From Octopus vulgaris (lineage: Eukaryota), in NCBI GenBank assembly GCA_951406725.2, contig OX597827.1, positions 50,592,001-50,656,000 of the forward strand: a stretch of 64,000 nucleotides of DNA, written 5' to 3'. Position 1 is the stretch's first letter. The number at the start of each line of letters is the position of its first letter. Shown piece by piece: positions 1 to 10,583 of the stretch. The translations under genes were made by a program, and so were the position numbers. Below the pieces are notes generated by a model. It was given only the letters and a program-made list of their open reading frames with translations. It had not been told where the DNA came from and made no database searches.

Positions 1-51
1 AATATAAATTCAGTATCCTTACAAAATTTTAATCAAGTACATAATTAAATA

Positions 52-330
52 TTATGAAATTGTTTTCGAGAGACTCATCTTTATAATTCTTCCTTCTTCT
101 CTCGCTTTTGATACAGTTGCTTCTTCAGAGAGCATATGTATTGTCTCAGTTTTAATGATGTTTATAGTGGGTGTGAGCACTAGAAGGAAATTCATCCAAT
201 TTAGGTTGTGATGCTTCTTCAAAATATCAGTCATTTCTGAATTTTTCCCTTAAGAGACTTTCTATATTGTAGTCATGCTGGTTGAATAATTATTCGTAGT
301 ATTTTAACTACAGTCATTATGGTTATTAAT
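52..330 (-). pseudogene. Degenerate DDE integrase C-terminal fragment (Maverick/Ginger/LTR-type)
   Basis: Minus-strand frames read ...KSLKGKIQK* then LKKHHNLNWMNFLLVLTPTINIIKTETIHMLSEEA, resembling the rve-type tail (RTLKxKI...W...L..I....N...H.TI.MTP.EA); broken by stops/frameshifts. Confidence 0.3.
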
Positions 331-850
331 TATCTTATTATTTTTCATAATAACATTACTGTTGTTTGCTATGCTCTTCCTTTTCCAAGTTGTAACACAG
401 AAAAATCGAATAGTTGGCTTTGATTTAACAGTCTTGATCTTTTCACACCTGAAGTGAGGACAAACACTGGTTAACCTTAAAGTTATTCATTTCCAATAAT
501 ATTGTTCACAGTAATTTAGCCAAGCTTTCAAAGTATGTTATAACTTCCATACTGCTAACCGTGCACCATAACTTAGTGCATATAACGTGGAGTTCTGGTT
601 ATGCAATTATCTGCATCTGATTTTTAATTCCCAAAGCGCTTTTATTTTAGGGTTCTTTTTTAATTAAATGGGACAGTAATTAGAGACGTCATCTTTTTGA
701 ATTTTCTTGAGGATCGTTGCGTCTCTTTTTTATGAGGCCATTTAAACATCTGGTCAGGATTATTTAAGAGTTTGTATAATATGCCTATGTCAACCTTGGG
801 AGTGGAATTGGTTAACGGAAACTGAAAGAAACTCGTCGTATATATATATA

Positions 851-1231
851 CTAGCAGTATCGCCCGGCGTTGCTCGGGTTTGTAAGGGAAATAACTATAA
901 AGCATTTTTAGAGAGTTATAGCCAAAAAATAGCAAAAAAATGGAAAAAAAATTATGGTAAATTTTTTTTGAGAGTTAAAAAGGTCGAGTTGCGTCCCCTA
1001 GACAGTCTGTGGTTTGTGTTTCTGATTCTCGACCCCATGTAATTTATCGATTTTTTTCAGAACTGGGGGAACTTTTCAAAATTTTCGCTGCGTTAGTTTT
1101 GAATTATGACATTGGGCTATGTGTGTGTCAAGTTTCATCAGAATCGGTTGAAAGCCGTGGTCAGGGTGAGGGTACAACCTAACAGACACACAGACACGCA
1201 CACAGACAAACTGCCGTTTATATATAGAGAG

Positions 1232-1232
<1 letters not shown>
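851..1232 (-). mobile_element. Non-autonomous Helitron
   Basis: On the minus strand it starts TC (ATCTCTCTATATATAAACGGCAG) and ends CTAG preceded by the GC-rich hairpin CCCGAGCAACGCCGGG. It is inserted between A and T with no TSD, inside a (TA)n tract. Confidence 0.8.
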
Positions 1233-1285
<53 letters not shown>

Positions 1286-1295
1286 TCGCGTGTGT

Positions 1296-1488
1296 ACCGT
1301 TGGCGATTTTTTTCCTCCGTCTTCCCTTCTCTGGATCTTTCCTTTTCCTATGTTTCTGACGAAGAGCTCCGCTCGAAACGTTAAACCCTTCTTCTTCCCT
1401 TCCTTCCTGAGCGTCCAATAATACTATATTTGTTCCACGTCCTCGTGTTGTTGTGTTTTCTCTTTGTGTTTTCATGTTTCGATTAACT
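1296..1488 (+). mobile_element. Short hammerhead-bearing repeat, family B (Penelope pLTR/retrozyme-like)
   Basis: Shares GAAGAGC..GCTCGAAAC..CCTGAGCG..ATAC with copies at 37727-37900, 62578-62705 and 63921-64000; 3' end abuts (TA)n. Confidence 0.6.
1352..1386 (+). ncRNA. Minimal type-I hammerhead ribozyme motif (family B)
   Basis: GTTT-CTGACGA-A-GAGC(TCC)GCTC-GAAA-CG-TT-AAAC: helix I GUUU/AAAC, canonical CUGANGA and GAAA boxes, 4-bp helix II, palindromic helix III ACGU. Confidence 0.7.
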
Positions 1489-1577
1489 TTATATATATAT
1501 ATACACGATATAAACGACGGGTTTCTTTATATATAAAGAATTGTTTTACATGAGGAGTTGTTCCTCAGTAATTATCA

Positions 1578-1770
1578 TTCTTTTACATGTTTTAGTCCTT
1601 AGACTGTGATTATGCTGGGGCACTACCTTGGAGAATTCTTTAGTCTAACGAATCGATTTCCGTACTTACCTTTTAAGATACTTATTCTAGCGGTCTCTTT
1701 GCCAAACCGCTGTGTTGCGGGGACATAAACACAACACCTGTTCTCAAGCAGTGTGGGGGACAAACACACA
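1578..1770 (-). mobile_element. SINE family S1, 3' half (diverged)
   Basis: Reverse complement aligns by eye to the 3' half of the full copy at 31640-32052. Confidence 0.7.
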
Positions 1771-1773
1771 CAC

Positions 1774-1837
<64 letters not shown>

Positions 1838-1841
1838 AGAG

Positions 1842-1875
<34 letters not shown>

Positions 1876-1885
1876 AGGTTGATAT

Positions 1886-2130
1886 GTATAAGGAAAAAAA
1901 CCAAGGTAGAAAATGTTAAAATAATTTTATAATAAAAAACATTTTAGTACCGGTTTCAGCCATTGAGACTTTTTCTACTGTAAAGTATGGAAAACAATTA
2001 AATTTTGGAAAAATTAAATGAAAAGTTTTTAAAAAGAATATTTGCATAGTACTCAAATACGAGGAGCATTTTCCTTGTTTCAGCCTGTCTCTGTCTCTCT
2101 TGTTTACTCTTGTGGGTTCGAGGTCGTTGT
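1886..2130 (-). mobile_element. Short hammerhead-bearing repeat, family C
   Basis: Colinear with 47795-48050 (TATAAGGAAAA..CAAGGTA..TTTTAGTACCGGTT..GACTTTTTC..GGAAAAATTAAATGAAA..CATTTTCCTT..TGTCTCTGTCTCTCT). Confidence 0.65.
1946..1979 (-). ncRNA. Degenerate minimal hammerhead motif (family C, U3:A8 core)
   Basis: Minus strand AG-TAGAAAA-AGTC(TCAAT)GGCT-GAAA-CCGG-TA-CT. One core lesion (U4>A); the sister copy has TTGAAAA. Confidence 0.45.
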
Positions 2131-3071
2131 GAATTCTTGGCAGAGGAGGAGGAGGAGGAGGAGGAGGAGAAGAAGAAAAGAATGCGGGAGTGGTATGATA
2201 GTAGTAGGATGTTAAAGGTTCAAGTGATCTAAAAGTGACTCGTTTTGGGTTATAGTAGTGGTTGGGTTAAATACATTTCTTCTTTTTTAATAGTCCCTTC
2301 GCAGGTGTTCCTATATTTAAGAAATTCTCCTAAGATGGGATCGTAAATGACTTACTCCAGCTGTCGTATGCTGCAGGTCAAAACATTTATGGAATCTGGA
2401 AAGGTTGATTTTGTTTGGATTTTGGTTATGCATGTGTATACGCTGGTATACCCTACTTGTTTGTGTTTGCATGTGCGTGCATGTGCGTTTGTTAACACTT
2501 GCAGAGAGAGTTAATTCGAAGTGATAACACTACTATAGCATTGGAAACATGTGACAATCAAACCTTAAACAAAGGTTGTGCGATAACCAGCAGTGAAACA
2601 GTATTAATGTACAGCAGCAAATCAAAAAAACAATTAAAAAGAGCTGGGAAAATTGCGAAGACGAAACAGATTGGATTTAAGAGTTCAAGAGTAAATTTAA
2701 ATTAAATTAGTGGAATGCATTTCAGTGAAAGTGAAGTATGAAGTAACCATGAAATGAAAGATTTAGAACATATGAAAAAAAAAAAAGGAAAGAAATTAGA
2801 GAGGAGAAGAACAAATGGTGGTAAGGAGAAACGAGAGATCTGAGTGTCAAGAAAATGAAGAACAATACGAAAGATTATAATGAAAGTAAACAAAAAATAG
2901 TGACGAAAATAACGGCTTTGGCGAGAAGATTGTGATGTTTGAGAATTAGAAGAAGGAAAGTTTGTGATTACAGTCAACTATACTCGTCTAGATTATCACT
3001 AACAGCATGTTCTTTTTACAACTAAAAAGGAATGTAATTAAATGGAATCCCTATTAATTTCAAATACACGC

Positions 3072-3110
<39 letters not shown>

Positions 3111-3161
3111 TACACAGACACACACATATATATGTATGTATACATGCATACACACACACAA

Positions 3162-3196
<35 letters not shown>

Positions 3197-3218
3197 CGGA
3201 AACCGAAAGGAGCCTGTC

Positions 3219-3269
<51 letters not shown>

Positions 3270-3395
3270 TACGTACATACATACACATATAGAGAGATAG
3301 GGGAAGTAGAGGGAGAGAAAGACAGATATATGTATGCATATATGTATGTCTATAAACAAATAAATATATAGATACAAAGATTGGGAGAAATAGTG

Positions 3396-3426
<31 letters not shown>

Positions 3427-4873
3427 TCAGTGTAATTAACTATGCTGGTTATTACACATTTTTTGTATTGACAGTGTGCATTTGCAAATGTTAATCTGTA
3501 TTGATTTAAGTGTGCACATTCAATTATGTTATTAAGCAGTCGGCTTCAAAATCATGTAGTTTCGGCTTCAGTCGAACTGAATACTTCTGAGTCGAAACCA
3601 GTGCCTGTTTCTTACGAGTTCCAATGGAGTTGCCCAATCAATGGTACGTTTGACGTGTATCTGGCCGGGGCGATTTAAAAGGCTGAAACAATCATATGTG
3701 TAACAAGATATTCAAACTTCTTGAAAGTTGTCCTTCGTAATTTAGATATAAGTTTTTAGTGGCTTCCATTGATTTACGATTGATCTGTCGACTGACACTC
3801 AAGTACAGACGCACAGTCCCATACACACACCCACACTCACCCATTTATGCATAATAATATACCTGTAGATGTGTATGCCTGTGACAAATACAGATATGCA
3901 CACATTTCTTAAGCAACTGGATATTGCTTACAAAAGAGTAGGAGCAGTAAGACGAAATGGAAAAGAAACAGACAAATTTGCACATGGTCGATTATAAATA
4001 CGGTGGTTACATATAAAATATAGCCTAGAGTACATCTACACACAAATAACTAAGTTCAAAACAAAGTATGAGAAAAGATATTCCTATTATTCTTTTAAGC
4101 TTTCCTTTTCGTCTGTGCTTTTTTTTTATCAAAATCTCGATGAAGATCCTGAATTAGTAGAGCTTCTCAATATTGTATGAAGTTATAAATCGTTTGGAAA
4201 GTACAATGGCCAACGGATACAACTAGCAACAATGGGAAGCAAATTCTTGGGAAAACATATATAGAGAGGCAGAAGAAAGATACAAAAATGAAATTTCTAC
4301 TTGGCTGGATTTCTTGGCATAACTTCTAGGGGCTGATAGTCCTAATGTAATGTACCCTTAGAAAATTCTAATTAATGAAAAATGACACCATCGTATATAG
4401 TAGTAGGGAGTATGTATGATCTTAGACCATAAACATCAGAAGAAGTCAATATAAAATTTTGCTGGGGTTTCCTCGCCTATCTTCACAAGGCCAAATCATT
4501 AAAACTAATGATTTTTTCATTAAAGGTGTAATTATAATTAATTAAATGTGTAATATAATTAATTAGACATTTTTTTATTCCTACATTAAATATATTAGCC
4601 TTACTTTTCTAAAATAAAAATGGAAATCGCAAACACACTTAACTTAAAATCTTTCATACTTTACAAGTGCTGTTACATTTAAAGATTTACTCGTACATGC
4701 ATGCAACAACATTTAGTGATGATACATACGTACATATCAGCATACGTATAGACATTTACAGATATGAATTTTCCTGTCCCCTCCTTTACTTTATGCTATT
4801 GAGTTTCTACTGTTCTCTCTTATTCCTCTTACCTCTCTCACTCTCTCTCCCGCTCTCTCCATCTCTCTCTATA

Positions 4874-4939
<66 letters not shown>

Positions 4940-5744
4940 GCTGTTCCTCTTATATTCCTTCAATAGTATTGTGTTGTTATGTCAAGGTATAGAATATATT
5001 GTCTTTTATCCTTACATTGAGCTTTCATTTATTGAATTCTTTCTCTCCCTGTCGAACTGTTTTCTATTCCTTTACAATTATCCCTGTCGCGTTGTTGTTA
5101 AAGGACATATTTAAGTATAGTGTAGTTGAAGCAGTGCAAAAATATCATTTTGGAAGTTATTCTTGAAAGTTGCAGTCTTAAGAAGAGTGCAACTTCAGTA
5201 CTTTCTATGTAGAGTTTACACCACCTCTGGAACCAAACGCTCCAGTAAAAGTGCAACTTGAAAAGGAATTGTTTATCTCATTGTACTCTGTAAACTTCCA
5301 ACAATCTTACACTTTTCAAAATAATAATTGTGCCCATCTGCGATCTGATGCTGATAGTGGCAAATTCAGCCCTAGTTTCGTCACAAATTTCCCTGGGCCA
5401 ATGTTTTTCTTATGTTGTGGGAAGAAAATGTTTTTGTAGTTCTGATATTTTGAACTTCCTGATATTTGGTCATAGCGTTTAAGGGAACCATTATCATTGT
5501 TGATGTTGTCGACGCCGCTGCTGATATTGGAGCGATTTGTACTTGTACTTTTATTATTATTTTTATTCAGGCTCCAACAAGGTTGTTATTTCTAGGGCCT
5601 TTGTCGCGATCGAGGTTAGTTTTGATACTAGTATCCTTATAATAATCATTATTATTACTATTAATATTGTTATTTCTGTTATGGTTATCTTGGTTATTTA
5701 TAATTGATATTGCTGAACAATGTCATATAATCTTTTCTGGAAGC

Positions 5745-5921
5745 ATGGGACAAAACGTTTTGCAGTATTTCTTCCGACTCTTTACATTTTAGGATCATAT
5801 TCCACCGACATCGACTTTGCCTTCGTTCTTTCGGAATCGATAAAATGAGTACCAGCTGAGAACCGGGGTCGATGTAATTGTTTTACACCCTCCCTTAAAT
5901 TGCAGATCTTGTGCCTAAATT
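5745..5921 (+). mobile_element. SINE family S2 (Deu/Nin-like central domain), diverged
   Basis: GACTTTGCCTTCGTTCTTTCGGAATCGATAAAATGAGTACCAG..GGGGTCGATGTAAT matches the copy at 12917. Confidence 0.65.
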
Positions 5922-5947
5922 ATTATTATTTTCATTATTATTATCAT

Positions 5948-6355
5948 TTTGGTTTGGCTCAGGTTCGGTCTTATTCCTGATAGGATTTGTGTGGGCAGCG
6001 GGTTACTACCTGTAACCTTAGGTATCCACAAGTTTTCAGTCGTCTTTCAAGTGCTTAGAACCCTCCTGATAATCCTTGCTGTCCCTAAGAGACAAAATTT
6101 CTATAGGAGCTCTACCGGGCATTCTATTTCAATCTTCTTCAGCCATTTGTCGAAATCTTAGTTTACTGTTCCCAACCTAACAATTATTATAGGCACTGCC
6201 TTTACTGATCGCATGCTCCAAATTCTTCACATTTCAAACTTTAAGGTAATGCGTTTTCTTTGTTCCCCCCAGCCTTTCTTTACGATCCTGGAATCAAACG
6301 GGCAATATGGGTCAATAAGTAAGCAACTTCGTTTTTCCTTATCGATAATCGTTGT
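5948..6355 (-). mobile_element. 3' fragment of R4/Dong-type (REL endonuclease) non-LTR retrotransposon
   Basis: Minus strand IIDKEKRSCLLIDPYCPFDSRIVKK...IWSMRSVKAVPIII..LGTV...KWLKKIEIECPVELL*KFCLLGTARIIRRVL; ends in an (ATT)n-like tract. Confidence 0.75.
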
Positions 6356-6394
6356 TGTTATTATGACTATCATCATCATCATCATCATCATCAT

Positions 6395-6900
6395 TTCTCT
6401 TTATCGCAGGTTTTTTTGAGCTCCTAGACTTATACATGCGTAGCGGACTTGCTACCCGCAGCCTATGGTACCATGCTATCCATTTTTTTTTCAGCTATCT
6501 AATACGTTTCTGATTATTCTGGTCGTGCCAAAGAGACAAACCTTTTGTAACAGTTCTACTGAGTACTCTGTTCCAATTTCCTTTATATTCCCCTTGATTC
6601 CTTCTGATACTATTCTCAAGGACCTAATAATAATTGGCACTATCTTCACCTTCATTTTCTATATATTCGGGCTATTTCGTACATAAGAGAGTTATATTTA
6701 TCTATCTTTTCGCCTTCCTTCTTGACTATTCGTGGGTCAAAGGCGCCTGTTACATCAACTATATAGTATATGTGGTGCATGTTGTCTACCACCACTAGAT
6801 CCGGTTTGTTATACTCTAGCACCTGATCTGTTTGGATTAGGAACTCCCAGAGGATTTTGTTAGTCTCCGACTCCGCCACTCTCTGCGGTTTGTGGAAGAT
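6395..6900 (-). mobile_element. 3' fragment of R4/Dong-type non-LTR retrotransposon
   Basis: ORF 6652-6921 KILWEFLIQTDQVLEYNKPDLVVVD..YIVDVTGAFDPRIVKKEGEKIDKYNSLMYEIARIY is a PD-(D/E)xK REL domain; ends in (ATC)n. Confidence 0.8.
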
Positions 6901-6969
6901 ATTTCTAAGTTTGGAAACCATTCAAGAACACACAAATATCGTTAGTTTCACTTCAACTTTAAAACTTCA

Positions 6970-7020
6970 TTCGTCAAAATATTTTCGTCGCTTTGAAACG
7001 GCGACCTGTTCACTGACAAA
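6970..7020 (-). ncRNA. Minimal hammerhead motif with G3:C8 variant core (family D; element about 6925-7030)
   Basis: Minus strand TTTGTCA-GTGAACA-G-GTCGC(CGTTTCAAA)GCGAC-GAAA-ATAT-TT-TGACGAA: 7-bp helix I, 5-bp helix II, palindromic helix III AAUAUU; second copy at 47652. Confidence 0.6.
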
Positions 7021-7088
7021 ACTTCACAAAAGTGATGCAGGACAAAGTTTTGTCAGTGAACAGCACGCACACACAGACACACGAACAC

Positions 7089-7123
<35 letters not shown>

Positions 7124-8099
7124 TTCATTGCCTTTCATTTGTGTGCATGTGTATTTATGTGTGTACGCGAGTGTGTATTTGTGTGTGTGTGTGTGTGTCA
7201 CAGTTTAATTTGTGTTTGTAAACTGTGAATTTAGCGCAAGTTTCGAGTGCTTGTCGAAAACTTTTGAGGTTTTTCTCCCCGTCTTCTAATAGTAATTACC
7301 CAGCTTACTAGGTTCTTCTCATAGCTATCTCACATTAAAAAAATTATACGGGTATTTAAAAAAAATTTCATTCAATGAATAATGTTTTTACATTACGTAT
7401 ACATTAATAGAGAATTAAAACTTAAAAGAGAAAGTGAGAGATTTTGCAAATGAAAATGAAATACTCTGCAGTGAATGCAATGAATATTTAAATTTGTGAT
7501 GAATTGGAAGCAGTGAATATTTAAATTTGCGAGAAATTGGAGCTTAAAAAATTCACTAAACTTGAGAAAGCGAAACTATAGGACATTTCTAAGAACATGA
7601 ATTTATAAAAATATTTCCAGACAGTTAACCCTTTAATAATTGGGTTTTTTTTAGTACTTTTAGTAATTGTTACATACCTAGTTAATAAGCAGCTTTCTCC
7701 ATTGTAGTATAGATATGTGTGTGTATCTGTGTGTGTGTGTATGTGTGTGTGTGTACATGTATATATGTATTAAAGAAAGCAAAAAATAAAACAAAAATGA
7801 TAGTGTTTAGTATGTTGGTGACAGAAATTCTGTCAACGAGACATGGTGAAACAAAACTGTACATCATCTCTCTCTTTGTCTGACATACCTACTCTTTCTC
7901 TCTCTTTAATAATTACTGCCACCATCAAACACTATTACTTTTAATAAAACATCATCAACTCTCCTTGAATTTCTTTGTCTCTCTCTCCCTCTCTTTCTCT
8001 TACTCTCTGTCTGTCTTCGTCGCCGCCTTCACAGTCTCAGTGCCTACTATTACTCTCACCCCATCATGAGGAATAGTAGGAGTATCATTGAATACTGAG

Positions 8100-8749
8100 A
8101 GAATGATTCTTCTTAATAATCATTTGAATAACTCTAAACTTTAACTGTATACAATATAGCAACATTGTTTAAAATATTTGACTATAGTACTACATAAGAC
8201 TTCCCCTGTTTCATTATCAATGGTCTGCTAGTGGGCGACCTCCTTAGTTATCAGCTAACATCTTCTTTTTAAGTTTTCCTTCACCAAACCTCATGATATT
8301 GCTTCTAATAAATATTGATTTTGATGACTATACCAACTATGATGTCTGTCTGCTCCTTCAGCCCTACCCCTAACAGATACTGCCTCTGTCCTCTCAGCCT
8401 TAGATATATAAAGGATTTGATAAACTAGTCTATAAATTAAAACTGACCCCATAAAAAACAAAATATCAGTGACAGTCAGAGTCAGTAACAATGTATATCT
8501 TGAAAAATGCAGTGTCTTCCAAACTGGAGTGAGACAGCAGGTTCTTTGTGTATCGCCTTACTTCTTGGAGATTTTAGGTATAATTACAGTAATGTGTCCA
8601 TCTGTTCTAATTTACTTAAATTCTATGTCTTTGTGTAGCTGAAGATTGCTCTGCATTTTAAATTGATGTAATGAATGCATTGTTCAATTATATGGAGTTG
8701 CATGAAGCGATCGTGCTGCATTACCTCTGGATACCCTTGTTGCTTATTT

Positions 8750-8752
<3 letters not shown>
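8100..8752 (+). mobile_element. About 650-bp hammerhead-bearing repeat, family A
   Basis: Colinear with the reverse complement of 33932-34565 and with 25140-25292; 3' end TTGTTGCTTATTTTGAT runs directly into (TA)n. Confidence 0.75.
8633..8721 (+). ncRNA. Type-I hammerhead motif, probably inactivated copy (family A)
   Basis: GTGTAG-CTGAAGA-TTGC...GCAT-GAAG-CGATCG-TG-CTGCAT; GAAA>GAAG and UA>UG relative to the copy at 25173. Confidence 0.55.
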
Positions 8753-8808
<56 letters not shown>

Positions 8809-8811
<3 letters not shown>

Positions 8812-9019
8812 GGTGTCCCAAAAAATGTATACACACTTTAGCAGCTGATAACTCATTTGATATTTTTTCTTTCCAGATGAAACCTATAGGATTTAATGAT
8901 GGCAGTCAGATTAAGCTTTGAACAAAGAAAATTCATTCTAAAATGATACTGGAAGTGTGAAAATGCAGTTGAAGTGCAAAAACAGTTAAAGTATGCATAC
9001 ATTTTTTGGGGACACCCTG
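8809..9019 (+). mobile_element. Tc1/mariner-superfamily MITE, copy 1
   Basis: TIR CAGGGTGTCCCAAAAAATGTAT / ATACATTTTTTGGGGACACCCTG, TA flanks; retains transposase N-terminus MMAVRLSFEQRKFILK*YWKCENAVEVQ. Confidence 0.85.
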
Positions 9020-9037
9020 TATGTATATATATATATA

Positions 9038-9247
9038 CAGGGTGTCCCAAAAAATGTATGCATACTTTAACTGATTTTGCACTTCAACTGCATTTTCACA
9101 CTTCCAGTATCCTTTTAGAATGAATTTTCTTTGTTCAAAGCTTAATCTGACTGCCATCATTAAATCCTATAGGTTTCATCTGGAAAGAAAAAATATCAAA
9201 TGAGTTATCAGCTGCTAAAGTGTGTATACATTTTTTGGGACACCCTG
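9038..9247 (-). mobile_element. Tc1/mariner-superfamily MITE, copy 2 (inverted)
   Basis: Near-identical reverse complement of 8809-9019; ORF 8933-9160 MMAVRLSFEQRKFILKGYWKCENAVEVQ. Confidence 0.85.
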
Positions 9248-9373
9248 CATATATAAATATATATATAAGTGTTCACACATACATAACATTTTTATTGAAG
9301 CTAAAAGGATTTCACATAACTTTATGTTCACACCACTACAATCATCAGGTGAGAACTGAATAAATATATATAA

Positions 9374-9406
<33 letters not shown>

Positions 9407-10122
9407 TGTATGTATGTATGTATGTATGTATGTATGTATGTATGTATGTATGTTTGTATGTATAAGAAGCTAACCAGTGCTTTAACTATCTTTTCCAAAT
9501 TTTTTTATTGTGTTTCTCTTGACACACTTCAAGCAGTACTCGATAAAAATCGCCTTCATTTTCTTTTCTTTTTATTTAACTACCACTATCACTCAAATAA
9601 GATTATTTTTGTTAATACATTTTCCCTAATACTACGTGTACCTTGAAGGTCACCTTGTTATTGTTGCTTGTGCTGTTATTGTAGTATTACTTATGTGTTT
9701 ATGCTTTTGTTCCTAGGAATTTGATAATTTCGTAAGTAATGTATATTGTATACCTTGAGAATTCAGAAAAATCCGACAGGTAATAATTGTATTCCACCCA
9801 ATGAAACGCTGTTGCAGAAAAATATTCAACTATATAGTAATTATAAAGAATGACATTTTATAATGGTATATGAATATAAACACAGCGGCTGTTGTGCTGT
9901 GCAGAAACAAATGTTGTGATCTGCGATTAAAGCCTGACATTCTCCATCCTCGTGCTATTACATCACTCTTATGTAAAGAGGAATCCATATGTGTATCCAC
10001 CCCTGGAATATACCCTACTGTACGATACCATGTGGTCGCCAAAAACCGACATAAGAGCCCTTACATGCATGTTACGAGATTTTTACCCGAATCATACTAA
10101 ATACACACACACACACACACAC

Positions 10123-10182
<60 letters not shown>

Positions 10183-10189
10183 ATATATA

Positions 10190-10269
10190 TATGGATCAAA
10201 GCATTTCGATTCAAATTCGTTGATATTCAAGAGTACCAACGAATTTGAATCAAACTCTTTTGATCCATA
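10190..10269. repeat. Imperfect inverted repeat (hairpin)
   Basis: ATGGATCAAA..GATTCAAATTCGTTG / CAACGAATTTGAATC..TTTGATCCAT; follows a (TA)n tract. Confidence 0.8.
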
Positions 10270-10544
10270 CATGTAACTCGCAATAAATTGGTTGAGTGTC
10301 CTTGTTTCGTTTGTCCACTCACTCAGGAATAGAGAGAATGAGAGAGTGAAAGGGAGAGAAAACTGTGTGTGCGAGCGTGCGTATTTGAATAGAAAACAGT
10401 TGCTTAAAAACGCAGCGCAAATTAATATCGTGTGTGAGTGATGTTATTCTCATGACTGCAATAACTAATAAGAAATTTTTACGATAATACCCGTCTTCCT
10501 TTAGCCTTACTCCTTATGTGTGCGAATGTGTGTGGATATGTGTA

Positions 10545-10583
<39 letters not shown>

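Noticed and set aside
9300-9356. Minus-strand CTGATGA...GAAA
   Set aside because: Helix II is only wobble-paired, with no helix I and no palindromic helix III; possibly a decayed motif but unsupported.
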